DNA from: Massalongia carnosa
Lineage: Eukaryota
Direction: 5' to 3'
Length of the DNA stretch: 64,000 nt
NCBI GenBank assembly: GCA_965645245.1
Contig: OZ287070.1
Span: 62,001-126,000, forward strand
Of this stretch, positions 11,874 to 23,880 are shown in pieces; position 1 is the stretch's first letter; the number at the start of each line of letters is the position of its first letter. A model generated the notes under the pieces. That model had not been told where the DNA came from, searched no databases, and worked only from the letters and a program-made list of their open reading frames with translations. Made by a program: the position numbers and the translations under genes.

Positions 11874-12793
11874 TTTTCTGTTGGGTAACCCAACGATAAC
11901 CAAACCCAACCCAAAACCCATTGGGTTGGGTTCTCATTTTAATAACCCAACCCAACCCATTCCGCGGCGTAATGTTTCGTCAAGTCGGCGGCGTTTAGAG
12001 TTTCTTTGATCGCATCGCGCAGCTGGCTCAGCTTCACTTTCACGAAGAAGCAGGAAGATAGAAGAGGTCGGAACGATGTTTTTCGCTCTCGAAGAACTTC
12101 AATGTCACGTAATGCTTCCCTCGGGTCCAGAGGGAAGCATTAATATTTGAATTTGAAAATTTAAAGGTAAACTTTATTGAAATCGGCAATTACTTAGTCG
12201 TTTCTTGTTCAATTATTAAAATGGATTCAGCGTAAAATTTTGCATATTATGAACATGATTAATAATTACGTTACATATCATCTCAGAATTCGGTTAATTC
12301 TATATGAGGTTCGCTTATTTCAAAGTTCTTCGATTAATCTCGCGTGCAGGAGAGGTCTCCTTTAAGCGAATTTCATATTCGCTTAATTTTTTTGGTGGCA
12401 GGAGACCTTTAAATCAAGAACCAAGTATACAGGCAGTCTCTCTTCAGTTTGAAAAACAGGTATCGCAGATTTTCGAGATACCGGAATCGATCCCCGGGAG
12501 CGGCGAACCCCCGATGAATCGGATACGCAGGAGTAGTTTTTTACCTTTGGGTTTTCTACTTAGTATATAGCTTATATAGCATATCCCCCATGGGCCGGCC
12601 TTCTGCCGGTGACATAACGGCGGAAGTATAATCAAATCAAATCAATCTTCACGTTAATCGTATATCTTTCTCATCTTCTCACTTAATTTCTTATTCTGTC
12701 CTTTTCCGACCCCTTTTCTCCTCTAATTTTAATTATTATCTTTTTTTTTCCTAATCCTTTAACTATTCCTCAAATTCTAATCTTGATTCATAT

Positions 12794-13823
12794 TGTAATA
12801 CGGAAGGCGCTAGAGGGATACGTGATCGCCTATGGCGGTTGCGGGATTAACTAGCGTGGATCATGCCGTAGTACGAAGTCGCATAAGCCGTCGAGGCTGA
12901 CACACTGCCATCTTGCCCCGAAACTTCGGAGTTATTGTTATCACGTTCTTGACTACTTACAGATCAAACACCTGTCGAGGCCGTGGTGGTAGATTGCCAT
13001 GGAGTGTAAGGCGGACTCCTGTGGAGACGCCAAGGAACTCTATATGGGATCTACTGGCCTACTCGGAGCTACTGGATTTCTTGATGGTTCAAGAGAGGTA
13101 GCAGGAGGCACGGCTCGTTGGACGCAGCTTGAGCTAGGCTCCCCGGTGTAAACTTCAGCTTCAACCGTTATTACTACGTTGGTAGTGATGTCGGCTGAAT
13201 GAACCTACATGACCTCGTTGTCTAGACCTTGTGTCTAGAGGCAGGTCCGCAATGTAGCGAGGTATTCAGTCGGAGGTAACCTTCTATCACTAGGTAGTGG
13301 TGACGGCGAAATGAAGCTACATAGCCTGAAGCATGTAGTGAGGGATCTAGCCGGGGGTAGAATTGTTCTACCTTGCAAGGGAAGATCTAGAAGGCTGCTC
13401 GAGGCTGACTAGATGATCCAGCGAACGCCGAGTTCGTGGATGGATCCTGAGGGATGGTTGGATGTAATGCGATAAAGTCGGATGTGGATTGCAAGGCTGT
13501 AATGCTCGCAAGGCTCCCAAGGCTTGCAAGGCTCCTAAGGTTCCAAGGCTCCCAAGGCTATAGGCTTGGGGTGAGTAGGATAAATATCAGAACGAATCTT
13601 GTAGTATTCGTTAGCAATTAGTCTTTATTCTATGAACAACCTACGTTTGGGTCTCGGACGAGATCTCTTGGTCCAAGCACTTCCACATCCATTAGTTCTT
13701 TGGATCACGTATACTCTCGGAGACTAGCACGTAGTAGCTATCTTCCTCCTCTCACGCTGAGCATTTCCCCTTTCGAGATCAGTGTCGCTCGTGATAAGCT
13801 TACTGGTCTCGTAGCCTATTACA
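12794..13823. mobile_element. Large solo LTR (1030 bp)
   Basis: TGTAATA...TATTACA ends; TSD CATAT; internal GCAAGGCTC-type repeats ~13490-13560. Confidence 0.87.
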
Positions 13824-13917
13824 CATATCTTTATTCTTTCCTTCTTTTATTTCTCTCCTTTATTAAACTCTGATTCTTATAATCATTTAAATTCTTTTCT
13901 TCTCTAATATTCCTTCT

Positions 13918-13953
13918 TGTCAGGGGAGGGCTGGAGAGATACACGACTCTATC
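13918..13953 (-). mobile_element. 36-bp terminal fragment of the Gypsy LTR family of 4377-4808
   Basis: TGTCAGGGGAGGGCTGGAGAGATAC is the reverse complement of the end of LTR 4377-4808; cut by the next LTR. Confidence 0.85.
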
Positions 13954-15200
13954 TGTCACGATTCAACCACATCCACCCAAGGCCAATCAAAGGAAAGTAA
14001 GGCATCTGCGGGCGTACTAACCGCTTCCGTTACTCAACCTTTTAGCAATCATAGGGGCAAGCAACGGAGGTCTGAAAGGACTGAAAGGGACGCATCGGAA
14101 CGACCTTCTAAAGCGAACCTAAATAGATGAAAGGGGCAAAGGGCAGAAAGACTGTTTGACCAAACTGTTTACTTATTGATGGAGACACAAACAGCTGGAT
14201 CGGGCAAAGCCATTATCTATATAGACTCCTAGAGAGAGCACCTTTTGCTTGTTTTGTTTCTGAATCTTTGATATTTTCTAGTGCATAGTTTCCCAGTAGA
14301 TAGTCAATTCCACATCCTGGTTGAACCGTCACATAATATCAAAGATCTCTTTTTACCCTGCTATCCATCGTGGAGGATACAAAATAACCCACCCCACAGA
14401 TCCAGAACCAGAAGGCCGCCACCCCTACAGCGTGGCAGCCAGAACCAGAATTACCCCATAGATCCAGAACCAGAAGGCCCCCACCCCTACAGCGTGGCAC
14501 CCAGAACCCTATTTAGATCCAGAACCAGAATTAGAGACCATGGCGAATCGTCATGAAAAAGAACCAGAACTAGAACCAGAACAGGACTCCGTTCATTATC
14601 CAGCCCTGCTAGAAGAAGAAACTCAACTGGAAGCAGAAGACCCTTCCATGTTCCAGACCATAGAACATCTGAGGACATGGATTCTCCAGGATGAGCAGGA
14701 AGTGTTACAGATGATCCTAGCTATCAAGGAAAGTTATGAAGAGGCCCAAGCTGAAGCGGCCAAAGGAAAGAACACCACGAGCCGACTCCTCTCCCTGACG
14801 GAAAAACAAGAAGGAGTAGTAAATTACTTACAAAAGGAAGTCGAAAAGCTTAGGTTGACATTGATAGAAGAGCGACGACCGGATGTCGCTACTACCTCTT
14901 TTTCCACCATCAGTCAGAAGGAAAAACGTCCCATGAAGCTTCCTGACCCACCGGTATTTTCCGATGGAAAGGAACCGAACATCGATCATTGGCTAGCCAA
15001 AATGCGAAGCAAGCTGTTGGCTAATGAGGACCATATGCCAATCGAGATATTGCGAAAAGCCTATGTAGAGAACCGAGTGAATGGTGATGCCATGCGACAC
15101 ATAGAAGCCAGACTGAGGAAAGGGGCCGCCAAACCTTTCGAGACTGCTGAGGAAATGTTGGAATTATTGGAACGAATTTATGGGGACCCCAATCGAAAAC
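13954..15200 (+). mobile_element. gag: Truncated Gypsy element: 5' LTR (13954-14333) plus gag N-terminal part (14540-15200)
   Basis: LTR ends TGTCACGATTCAACC...GGTTGAACCGTCACA; gag-like KLPDPPVFSDGK..IDHWLAKMRSKL; cut by the LTR at 15201. Confidence 0.82.
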
Positions 15201-16220
15201 TGTCAAATATATAAGGGTCAAAAGGCATCAGGGAATTGGGTAGATGTTGATTGTATTGTGGAGGATGTGGAAAAGTGGGAATCTATCTTAGGGGGGAGGC
15301 CACGTGTCTAGTCGGGCCGGAATAACCCTTCGGATATATCATCCTGAGATACCACTGATGTTTAGGATTAGTTATCCTATAATTTCACACACCCCCTCAG
15401 ATCTAGAAACACCGTTTATAGATCTGGAATCAGTCAAGTATAATCCCTTATATTCCTCATCTTGATGCTTTGTCCTCCGAAACACGCCACCTGAACGCCC
15501 GATTGTGAATGCATTAGACGATTTTTCAAACTTTCCATCTTTCGTATCGAGTCCAATCTTTCCGATATGTTCACCAATCCTATCAATCTTATGAATCCCT
15601 CATGCTTCTGCCTTGATAAGGCCTTCGTCAATCCGTCCGCCGGCATCTTAGCTGTGGCCAACCATCTTATCGACACCCTACCGGCCTGATATTCCTGTCT
15701 CAACCGGTGATTATGTATGTCCACATGGCGAAGCCGAGTTTGAAGCTTCATATCCTCACTAGTTATCAAGTTAATAGTCTGTTTGTTGTCGCAGTCCATG
15801 ATCACCGGTCCCTCTAGTCTCACCTTGATGGCCTTTAACAGTCGTCTTAGATACATTGCTTCTTTGGTGGTGTCCGACAAGGCCAGCAATTCGGCCTCAG
15901 TGCTCGATGTGGTCACCGTCGCCTGTTTGCTTGCTTTCCATGCAACCGGTCCTCCGAACAGCGTCATTATATATCCTTGAGAACTTTTCCTATCCTTGTT
16001 GTCCGCGAAGGACGCATCGCTAGCACATAGGAACCCTTGTATCCCTTCCTCTTGTTTTCCTTCATATTGAATCGCCAGGGTTTTGGTGGCGTATAGGTAT
16101 TCTAGGACTCGCATCGCTGCCTGGTGATGTTTATCGGAAGGATTTATGGAGAATTGGGATAGTTTGGACACCGTGAATGCGATATCTGGTCTGGTGGTTA
16201 TGGCTGCGAATAGGGCTGTT
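15201..16220 (-). mobile_element. Copia 3' fragment: RT end/RNase H (15434-~16217), PPT and 3' LTR (15201-15389)
   Basis: DASFAD..DRKSSQGY, TTSSTEAE, RHVDI, MPADGLTKAL; PPT GAGGGGG then TGTGAAA...TTTGACA on the minus strand. Confidence 0.9.
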
Positions 16221-18560
16221 TGTTGATGTTACGCTAAACATTAGCCTAACGGACAAGTGTCAGGCAGTTGGTGACTGCTTGGCCGGAATGGGCCTAGGGT
16301 AGTTTAGCCGATTTGGGTGCTCAAAAGCACCCACGATAGAATTAATCAAAACTATTCCTTCTAAATATTCGTACATGCACTATAGTGATTAACAATTCAC
16401 TTCAACAGGTTATGAGAACCCGGATGCGTACCTGCATTACAATTACATAGTCACTACGAATACATTCTAATCAGGTAACTGACCAACCAGTCAGCGTTCC
16501 TGCGACCCCAAACAAGCAAATAGTCGACCAGCCAGTCAACTTTTGCTTCGACCCCCTACCAAACGGTGCAGACGCACCAGATCGACCAGACCCGACCGAA
16601 CCAATCATATTTCAGTACCGCAGCCATGGGATCTGATACAAAGTATGATTATAGCTTTAAAAAGCTGACCGGTTCAACTAAATTACAAGCAATGGACGCG
16701 AGACATGTCTTTTGCGTTGGAGGAAGCTAAGCTATGGGACCATGTTCTAGGAACGGCTATTCCACCTCCAACATTGGTAACGACCACAAATGATGATGAA
16801 GAAAGGGCCAAAAGAATTTACCAACGGTCCCTGAAGATCAAAGACTTCAATGACGACTCGCGCCGAACAGTAGCGAAAATTGGGAGAATGTGCACAGAGA
16901 CCGTGTAAAAGGAATTTCTCTCCAAGAATGAATTAGCAAAATGGACTCCAAAAGAGCTGTGGGACCATTTACAAATCCGCTATACACTACAAAATTGGGC
17001 CTCCAAGTGGAACACGCTTGGAAACTTAAACTCCATCCATTAAAGAGATTGCAAGAATGTTGCGGAATTTATCAGCAAAATTCGCGATATTAAATCAGAA
17101 ATCAATGACCTGAAAATCACCATGGATGAGGCAATTACAATTCATACCCTTATTTCGCTAGACACTCAGTTCAAGTCCTACCTGGCCATCCTCAGTCATG
17201 AGTCGAGGGAGAAAGCAGAACTTCCAACACTCGAGGTCCTAGCAAAGGCCTTGGAGGATGAAGAGTTACGGCTAGCCAATCAGGACAAAGCAACCGCGAA
17301 CTACACGCAGAAAGGAAAGAAAGGTGGGGACTCCGGTAAAAAGAAAAAGCCGGGGGAGAACTCCAACTCCAACTCCAATAACACTTCCGACAGCAAAGAC
17401 ACGTATGTCTGCACCAGGTGCAAGAAAACGCATGGAAAAGGTGATTGCTGGATGGACAAAGCGGAGTGTAATGGGTGTGGTAAACGTGGCCACATCAAGA
17501 AGTTCTGTAAAAAGAACAAGACGAACCAGGAAAGTGAAGCGACCACCCCAGAGGCAACCACCAAAGGGCTATCTTGCTTTATCAGAAAGATCATACCGAT
17601 CACACAGACCAATGAGGTCGAAGAGAAGAAAGGAATGGGGGCCATTCATTTGACGTGTAAGTCAGTGGCCGCAGTCATTCCAAAACTAAATCCCTACGTA
17701 ATCATAGACTCTGGGGCCACCGACCATTTCTTCTCAAACCGAGGCTTTTTTACCACCTACACTGAGTACTACCATGAGTTCCAAACGGGCTCGGGGCAAG
17801 TTCTTCCTGCCTTCGGGTATGGTGACGTAGTCCTAAACATGGTCCAGGAGGACGGATCAATAAATGTCCTGACAGTATAAGATGTAAGCTGGGCACCGGC
17901 CCTAGGCCACAACTTACTGAGCACCGTTCCCCTTGCAATGAAAGGTGTCGAGGTGTTCCTGAGACGTACGGATGTTCCTACTCAATAAATTCATGAGAAC
18001 AAAATCCACGGACTAGCTGACGTTATCAATCGACAATATGTTCTTCGGATTAAAAACCCGGAGATTATGCAGACTAACTTCGCAAACACTAAACCAGTAG
18101 TGAATGCAATTAAACCAACCATTGAAATTTGGCATCAAAGAATGGGCCACCTTGGTTATCGAAACATCCTCAAACTTCCACAAATAGCTGAAGGAATTGA
18201 GGTGAAAGGGCCGGTCCCAGAGGAAATTTGTGGGCTATGCATGAAGGGTAGACAGCAACGTAAGCCGTCACGAACTCCCATGCCCCGAGCTTCAAAATTT
18301 CTGGAAGAGGTCCATAGTGATTTGGGAGGTCGATACCCGGCCTCTAGAAACGGATTACAATATTGTTAGAATGTACAAATCAGGTTACTTCATTTCAGCC
18401 GCACTCACCTTCTACCGCACGAGTATGGCGCACGCTAACGGCTAGACGTATCGCTAGTCTAATACTAGCATACCGTACATTGTCTATAAATCTAGCTATT
18501 CCCACTATATAGAACAACAGCAAGCGTTCTATCCTCTATCTACTATACTACCTTTTGATA

Positions 18561-18572
18561 GGTTATGAGCCC
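18561..18572 (+). promoter_or_regulatory. Primer-binding site complementary to the initiator tRNA-Met anticodon stem-loop; also at 46427 and 53396, with variants at 7146 and 16408
   Basis: GGTTATGAGCCC directly after the LTR is the reverse complement of GGGCTCATAACC. Confidence 0.85.
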
Positions 18573-18827
18573 GGCCGCAGGGCGCCTCTTTACATGTGTT
18601 TGCTTGTCTTACTTTACCTACCCTAACACAAGCCTCCTTACCGTCGCAAACAATTACCGTCGCGAATAATCTCCTACAAAAAAATCCGACACAAATCGAC
18701 ACATATGAAACAGTCGGCAGTGTTTGAGATGGCTAAGCACTACTATCGGGCGCCCGGCTTCTTCTTTGCCCCTTACTAAACGAACGCTAACAAATATTTT
18801 AACAGGCACCTCCTTGCACTTCGTTTC

Positions 18828-19151
18828 GATGTCTCGGATGATCTACATTCCCCACAAAAAACCGGGAATGTGACATCCAGATGTCTCGGATGATCTACGT
18901 TCCCAATAAAAAACCGGGAATGTGACATCCACTTCACTTTGATGTCTCGGATGATCTACATTCCCAACAAAAAATCGGAAATGTGACATCCAGGTGTCTC
19001 GGATGATCTACATTTCCAATAAAAAACCGGAAATGTGACATTCACTTCGATGTCTCGGATGATCTACATTCCCAACAAAAAACCGGGAATGTGACATCCA
19101 GATGTCTCGGATGATCTACGTTCCCAACAAAAAACCGGGAATGTGACATCC
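18828..19151 (+). repeat. Six ~51-bp tandem hairpin-forming units in the Copia 5' UTR
   Basis: Unit GATGTCTCGGATGATCTACATTCCCAACAAAAAACCGGGAATGTGACATCC. Confidence 0.92.
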
Positions 19152-19755
19152 ATTGGGATGAAACCAAATCTCCCTGTAATCGATTTTGCCCTCTATTCAT
19201 AGTCAGCATCTGCGTATCAGTTATAAGACTGCAGGATTATGGCTTCGAGCAACAAAAAACGCTCTCGATTTATCAACCCCAAAGGCACAACTAAACGCCT
19301 CAAATCTATCTTTGCACCTGCATCTGCTTCTGCGTTTAGATCTATTATATCAATCACTGCCCCATTCCTACGTGGCACTCTTGCCGAGATCCAATGACTC
19401 TCAGAGCCTCAACCAAATAATAGGCCGGCAACAAGGCTTGAACGGGATTCACAACATACATTACAGGCGGCTAGTGCGGAAATCGTTGCTTTCTCTTAGA
19501 GGATAACTCAGATCAATCAAAATTGGATTGCTTTGTACCATCATCCCTGAGCCTCCAGTCACTCCCGGTCAGTCCACATCAAAATCGGACCTAGAACCGC
19601 CCAGCGACTGTGATCCTTTCGATCTAAGAGCCAGAACCAAGTCACCAAGCACTTATAATAGCACTCCGTCGGAATCCGGTAAAACCAAACACCAGTTCAA
19701 GCCAGTCCGTTAACAAGGACAATCCATTAAGCTCTTCCAATAAACCCTTTCCATC

Positions 19756-22700
19756 ATGAGTGAAAAAATCTCTGGATCGGGGTCCTATAGCGCTATTGAT
19801 AGGATCCCTAAGCTAGTGGACCACGAGGGTTATCCAGCATGGAAGCGAGCCATGCGAGATTGCCTCAAAATGATAGATCTTTGGATCTATTGTGATAACA
19901 CCGAAGCTGCACCACGCCCAAACGCTCCCAATGATGGCTTCAACAAATGGAAAAAGGGCCAAGATAAGGCCTGCACTGCTCTACGATTAGCTTGTGAAGG
20001 AAATGCCTACACCGATATAGAAGACCATACTACTGCTTCCGTCGCCTGGGACCTGCTTGAGTCAAACTATAAGCCTCGCGGTTCGGGATTCCTCAATGAC
20101 ACCTTTAGAAAATTAGACAACCTTATCCTATCGGATTGCAGCAGCCCTGCAGACTACGTTACCCAATTTCGCGCCACGGTGAATAAGCTTCGCACCTTCT
20201 CAAGCAAGCTAAGCCTGGACGAAAACTGGCTTATCTATCGCTTCCATACCAATTTAGGCTTCGAATACAACAGCTATTTCGAACGATACGCTCAGGATCA
20301 TGATCCTTTCAATGAAATGGGTGAACCCAAGCACACGTTAAGTCAGGCTATGCAGCATTTCCAAAACACGGTGACCAACCCAAGCAAGTCCAGCGATAAG
20401 GCCGTAATCGCAATGGCAGCTGTTTCAAACGCTCAAACCCAAGCAGGAGCTCAACCCGGAACAGCCCATTCTCGAATCATCACCAAGACCATCAAGTTCT
20501 GCAACCACTGCCGAAAAGACTATCACGTAGAGAGCGAGTGTCGTGAAAAATATCCACACCTCGTTAACCAAGACTCACAGCGTAAGTCCAATAAGCGTCG
20601 TAGGAATTCCAAAAGTCAAGGTCAAAGCCAAAAGCCAACCGGAAACAATGACTCAACCAAAGGAGCCTTCTGCGCCTACATGGCCACCGCAGATATAACC
20701 AAAATATCTAAGCTCTGGATCTGTGACTCTGGAACTAGCCAACATATTACCCACGATCGCTCCATCTTCACCTCATTCAAGACATCCGATTGCCCTCCAA
20801 TTCAAGGTATTGGAGGAGTATTAATTCCCAAAGGAATAGGTAACGTCATGTTGCGGTGTGCCGGTAACGAGGGTCTTCGGGAGTTCCCTCTTTTCGATGT
20901 GTTATACGTTCCGGACGGAGGCCTAAATCTCATCTCCCAAGGACAATTACAACGAGATGGATGTCCCCTGAAGATTGTACCAGAGGGAATTGAAATCGGG
21001 AACTATGGTATTATCGCTCGCCGCCAGGACAACAATCTGTATATCCTGAATATGTGGAACGTCTCTGAAGCCGCTCTCGCTCTTGCTGCAATTAATAGCG
21101 AGGCGATAAAAATGTGGCACGCTCGTTTAGGCCATCTTGGAGATCAAAACATTCTCAAGCTCGCTGGCATGTCAAAAGGAATGGACCTCACCAAGCCCCC
21201 GCCCCAAGACGCCTGTCCTCCGTGCGCCATCGCTCAGTCCCAAGTAGAACCACACCGGGCCCCCATCCAACCAGGCAAGCACCCGCTGGACTTAATTCAC
21301 AGTGATGTCCAAGGACCTTTCCCAGAAGCCTTGAACGGCGCCAAATATATGGTGACCTTTCTTTGCGATTTCGATAAACGGTCCCACGTCACCTTACTGC
21401 GCGTCAAAAGCGGAGTCCTTCAAGCTTTTAAAAACTACAAGAAGCAAAATGAATATGGGGACAAACGAATTAAGCGCTTGCGATCGGACTGTGGGGGTGA
21501 GTATGACTCCAAGGACTTCGAGAATTTCAGAAACGAGCATGGCATTCAGTGGGAACCTACCGTACCGGGAAATCCACCCATGAACGGGACAGCCGAGCGC
21601 CTAGGTCAAACGCTTCACAAGTTAGCCAGCACCATGCGAGAAGGCGCTAAACTAGACATCAAATATTGGGCTGAGATGGTTCTCACTGCCAACTACCTAA
21701 GAAATCGACAACCAACTGCGGGACGCTCCATCACCCCCTACGAGTCTCACACCGGCAGCCCACCAGAACTAGGACATCTAAGGATAATAGGACAGACTGG
21801 CTATGCGCAAAATCGCAAGCCCTCCACCGGATGGAAGAAATTTCAGGAACGAGCCACCAAATGTACTTTAGTAGGATACGAAGGCGATCACATCTATCGA
21901 ATGATAAATCCACGGGGCGCGGTCATGCGTTATTCCAATGTTCAGTGGATAGATAACAACCCCCCAACTCCTCCTTCCTTATCATTCTCTCAAACTAAAA
22001 GAGCCCTACATGTTGGACAGTCAGGACCGCCCACAAGAAAGCAAAAAATTACCCATCATACGGACTCCCCTCATACGGACTTAGTCGACGCTCATGAATC
22101 CATAGAATCAATTCCCACTGGACCTCTCCCATCAAACGCTGGAAAAGAGGCATTGGCAAACCAACTGCCCATTGAGCCTTGGTCCCAGGCAGATATTCTC
22201 TCTAAGCATCCAAAACTTCGCGCCCCCTCGCCTGACCCGCTTGCTCTTTTGGCTCTTCTTGCTCGAGCCAATGACCCGGAGCCATACGAGCCTAAAACCT
22301 ATAAACAGGCCGTAGATAGTCGGGAGGAAAAGGATTGGCGAAGGGCAATGCAGGAAGAAATTGACTCTATCAACGAAAATGATACCTGGATCCTCACCTC
22401 CCTGCCCCCGGACCGCAAAGCCCTGCGAGGCAAATGGGTTTATAAAATCAAACGAGGCCCGGCTGGCGAGATTCTTCGTTACAAGGCTCGATGGGTAGTC
22501 AGAGGCTTTGAGCAACGTGAAGGCATTGACTACAATGAGACTTTTGCTTCAGTAGTGAAGCCAATGAGCTATAAAGCCATCTTCGCTATCGCTGCAGCCA
22601 ATGATTGGGAAATCCACCAAATGGACGTAAAAACAGCCTTCTTGTACGGAAGGGTGGACGAGGAAATCTACGTGGAGCAACCAACCGGTCTGGATGACGG

Positions 22701-23880
22701 GTCAACGAGAGTTTGCAAGTTGAAGAAAGCTCTTTATGGCCTGAAACAGTCGTCTAGAATCTGGTATGAAACGATCACTACTTTTTTCAAGTCTCATGAA
22801 TTCGTTCCAGTCAACGCCGACCTTAGCGTTTTCGTTAAAGAAGGGGTTATCGTAGCCATTTACGTCGATGATTTAATTATCACTGGCTCTTCTTCTTCCG
22901 AGATACAACGTGTCAAGAAACTGCTGAGTGACGAGTTCTCGATGGTTGATTTAGGCCCTATCAATTACTACCTGGGCATGACGATAACTCGGGATCGGGC
23001 TAATAGGATTCTTCGCCTTGGTCAGCAGGCCTATCTGGAAAAAGTACTACGTGACCATGGCATGTGGGACACTAACCCCGTGGCTACCCCGATGGATGGG
23101 CGACTGGAGGCTGCACCAGAGGGCCATCAGGCCACAGATGACTCTCGCCTCCGCTACCAATCAGCGGTGGGCTCTCTCATGTATGCTATGCTAGGCACTA
23201 GGCCTGACTTAGCCTACGCCGTATCGGTGGTCAGCCGCTATGCCTCGAACCCGACCGATACGCACTGGAAGGCAGTCAAACGCATCTTTCGATACATCAA
23301 GGGCACTCTACCGTTGCAGTTAACATACAAAGGTCACTTACAACCCTTAAACGGTTACACTGACGCGGATTGGGCCGGAGATCATCATACCCGAAGGTCT
23401 ACCTCAGGCTTCGTGTTTAATGTGGGTAGTGGCGCTATTAGCTGGTCTTCCAAACGACAACCGACCGTAGCCCTATCTTCATGCGAAGCCGAGTACATGG
23501 GTCAGACTCAAGCCACCAAGGAAGCCGTCTGGCTGTCTAGTCTTCTCGACCAACTTTCAGCACCTCAAGTCCCTGGGATACACTCTCTCCAAACCCAGAG
23601 CACCTCTGTAGCCCTTGCCTGCTTGCCTACATCTTTCGCCCTAAATGCTATCATCATTCACTGCGACAATCAAGGAGCAATAGCTTTGGCCAAAAATCCC
23701 CAGGCACACGCGCGGAGCAAGCATATTGACATCCAATGGCACTACCAAAGAGAGAAGATCGAAGACAAATCAGTGGAATTTCGCTATGTTCCTACCGAAG
23801 AACAGGTAGCTGACGGCCTAACCAAGGCCCTACCAAAGGACAAATTTGTTGTCTTTCGAAAAGCTTTAGGCTTAGAATAA
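19756..23880 (+). CDS. gag-pol: Copia gag-pol polyprotein (Gag, PR, IN, RT, RH), 1374 aa
   Basis: CNHC..H..C knuckle, WICDSGTS, WHARLGH, SDCGGEY, MDVKTAF, YVDD, DADWAG, KHIDI; IN precedes RT. Confidence 0.97.
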   Translation: MSEKISGSGSYSAIDRIPKLVDHEGYPAWKRAMRDCLKMIDLWIYCDNTEAAPRPNAPNDGFNKWKKGQDKACTALRLACEGNAYTDIEDHTTASVAWDLLESNYKPRGSGFLNDTFRKLDNLILSDCSSPADYVTQFRATVNKLRTFSSKLSLDENWLIYRFHTNLGFEYNSYFERYAQDHDPFNEMGEPKHTLSQAMQHFQNTVTNPSKSSDKAVIAMAAVSNAQTQAGAQPGTAHSRIITKTIKFCNHCRKDYHVESECREKYPHLVNQDSQRKSNKRRRNSKSQGQSQKPTGNNDSTKGAFCAYMATADITKISKLWICDSGTSQHITHDRSIFTSFKTSDCPPIQGIGGVLIPKGIGNVMLRCAGNEGLREFPLFDVLYVPDGGLNLISQGQLQRDGCPLKIVPEGIEIGNYGIIARRQDNNLYILNMWNVSEAALALAAINSEAIKMWHARLGHLGDQNILKLAGMSKGMDLTKPPPQDACPPCAIAQSQVEPHRAPIQPGKHPLDLIHSDVQGPFPEALNGAKYMVTFLCDFDKRSHVTLLRVKSGVLQAFKNYKKQNEYGDKRIKRLRSDCGGEYDSKDFENFRNEHGIQWEPTVPGNPPMNGTAERLGQTLHKLASTMREGAKLDIKYWAEMVLTANYLRNRQPTAGRSITPYESHTGSPPELGHLRIIGQTGYAQNRKPSTGWKKFQERATKCTLVGYEGDHIYRMINPRGAVMRYSNVQWIDNNPPTPPSLSFSQTKRALHVGQSGPPTRKQKITHHTDSPHTDLVDAHESIESIPTGPLPSNAGKEALANQLPIEPWSQADILSKHPKLRAPSPDPLALLALLARANDPEPYEPKTYKQAVDSREEKDWRRAMQEEIDSINENDTWILTSLPPDRKALRGKWVYKIKRGPAGEILRYKARWVVRGFEQREGIDYNETFASVVKPMSYKAIFAIAAANDWEIHQMDVKTAFLYGRVDEEIYVEQPTGLDDGSTRVCKLKKALYGLKQSSRIWYETITTFFKSHEFVPVNADLSVFVKEGVIVAIYVDDLIITGSSSSEIQRVKKLLSDEFSMVDLGPINYYLGMTITRDRANRILRLGQQAYLEKVLRDHGMWDTNPVATPMDGRLEAAPEGHQATDDSRLRYQSAVGSLMYAMLGTRPDLAYAVSVVSRYASNPTDTHWKAVKRIFRYIKGTLPLQLTYKGHLQPLNGYTDADWAGDHHTRRSTSGFVFNVGSGAISWSSKRQPTVALSSCEAEYMGQTQATKEAVWLSSLLDQLSAPQVPGIHSLQTQSTSVALACLPTSFALNAIIIHCDNQGAIALAKNPQAHARSKHIDIQWHYQREKIEDKSVEFRYVPTEEQVADGLTKALPKDKFVVFRKALGLE

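Larger units (their letters stand above)
8647..11971 (+). mobile_element. hAT DNA transposon (defective)
   Basis: TIR TACGCCGCGGAATGGG; 8-bp TSD ATGTTTCG (8639-8646, 11972-11979); subterminal GGGTT/AACCC repeats. Confidence 0.95.

Noticed and set aside
18828..19151. CRISPR-like array
   Set aside because: No unique spacers, no cas genes, eukaryotic context; lies in a Copia leader.
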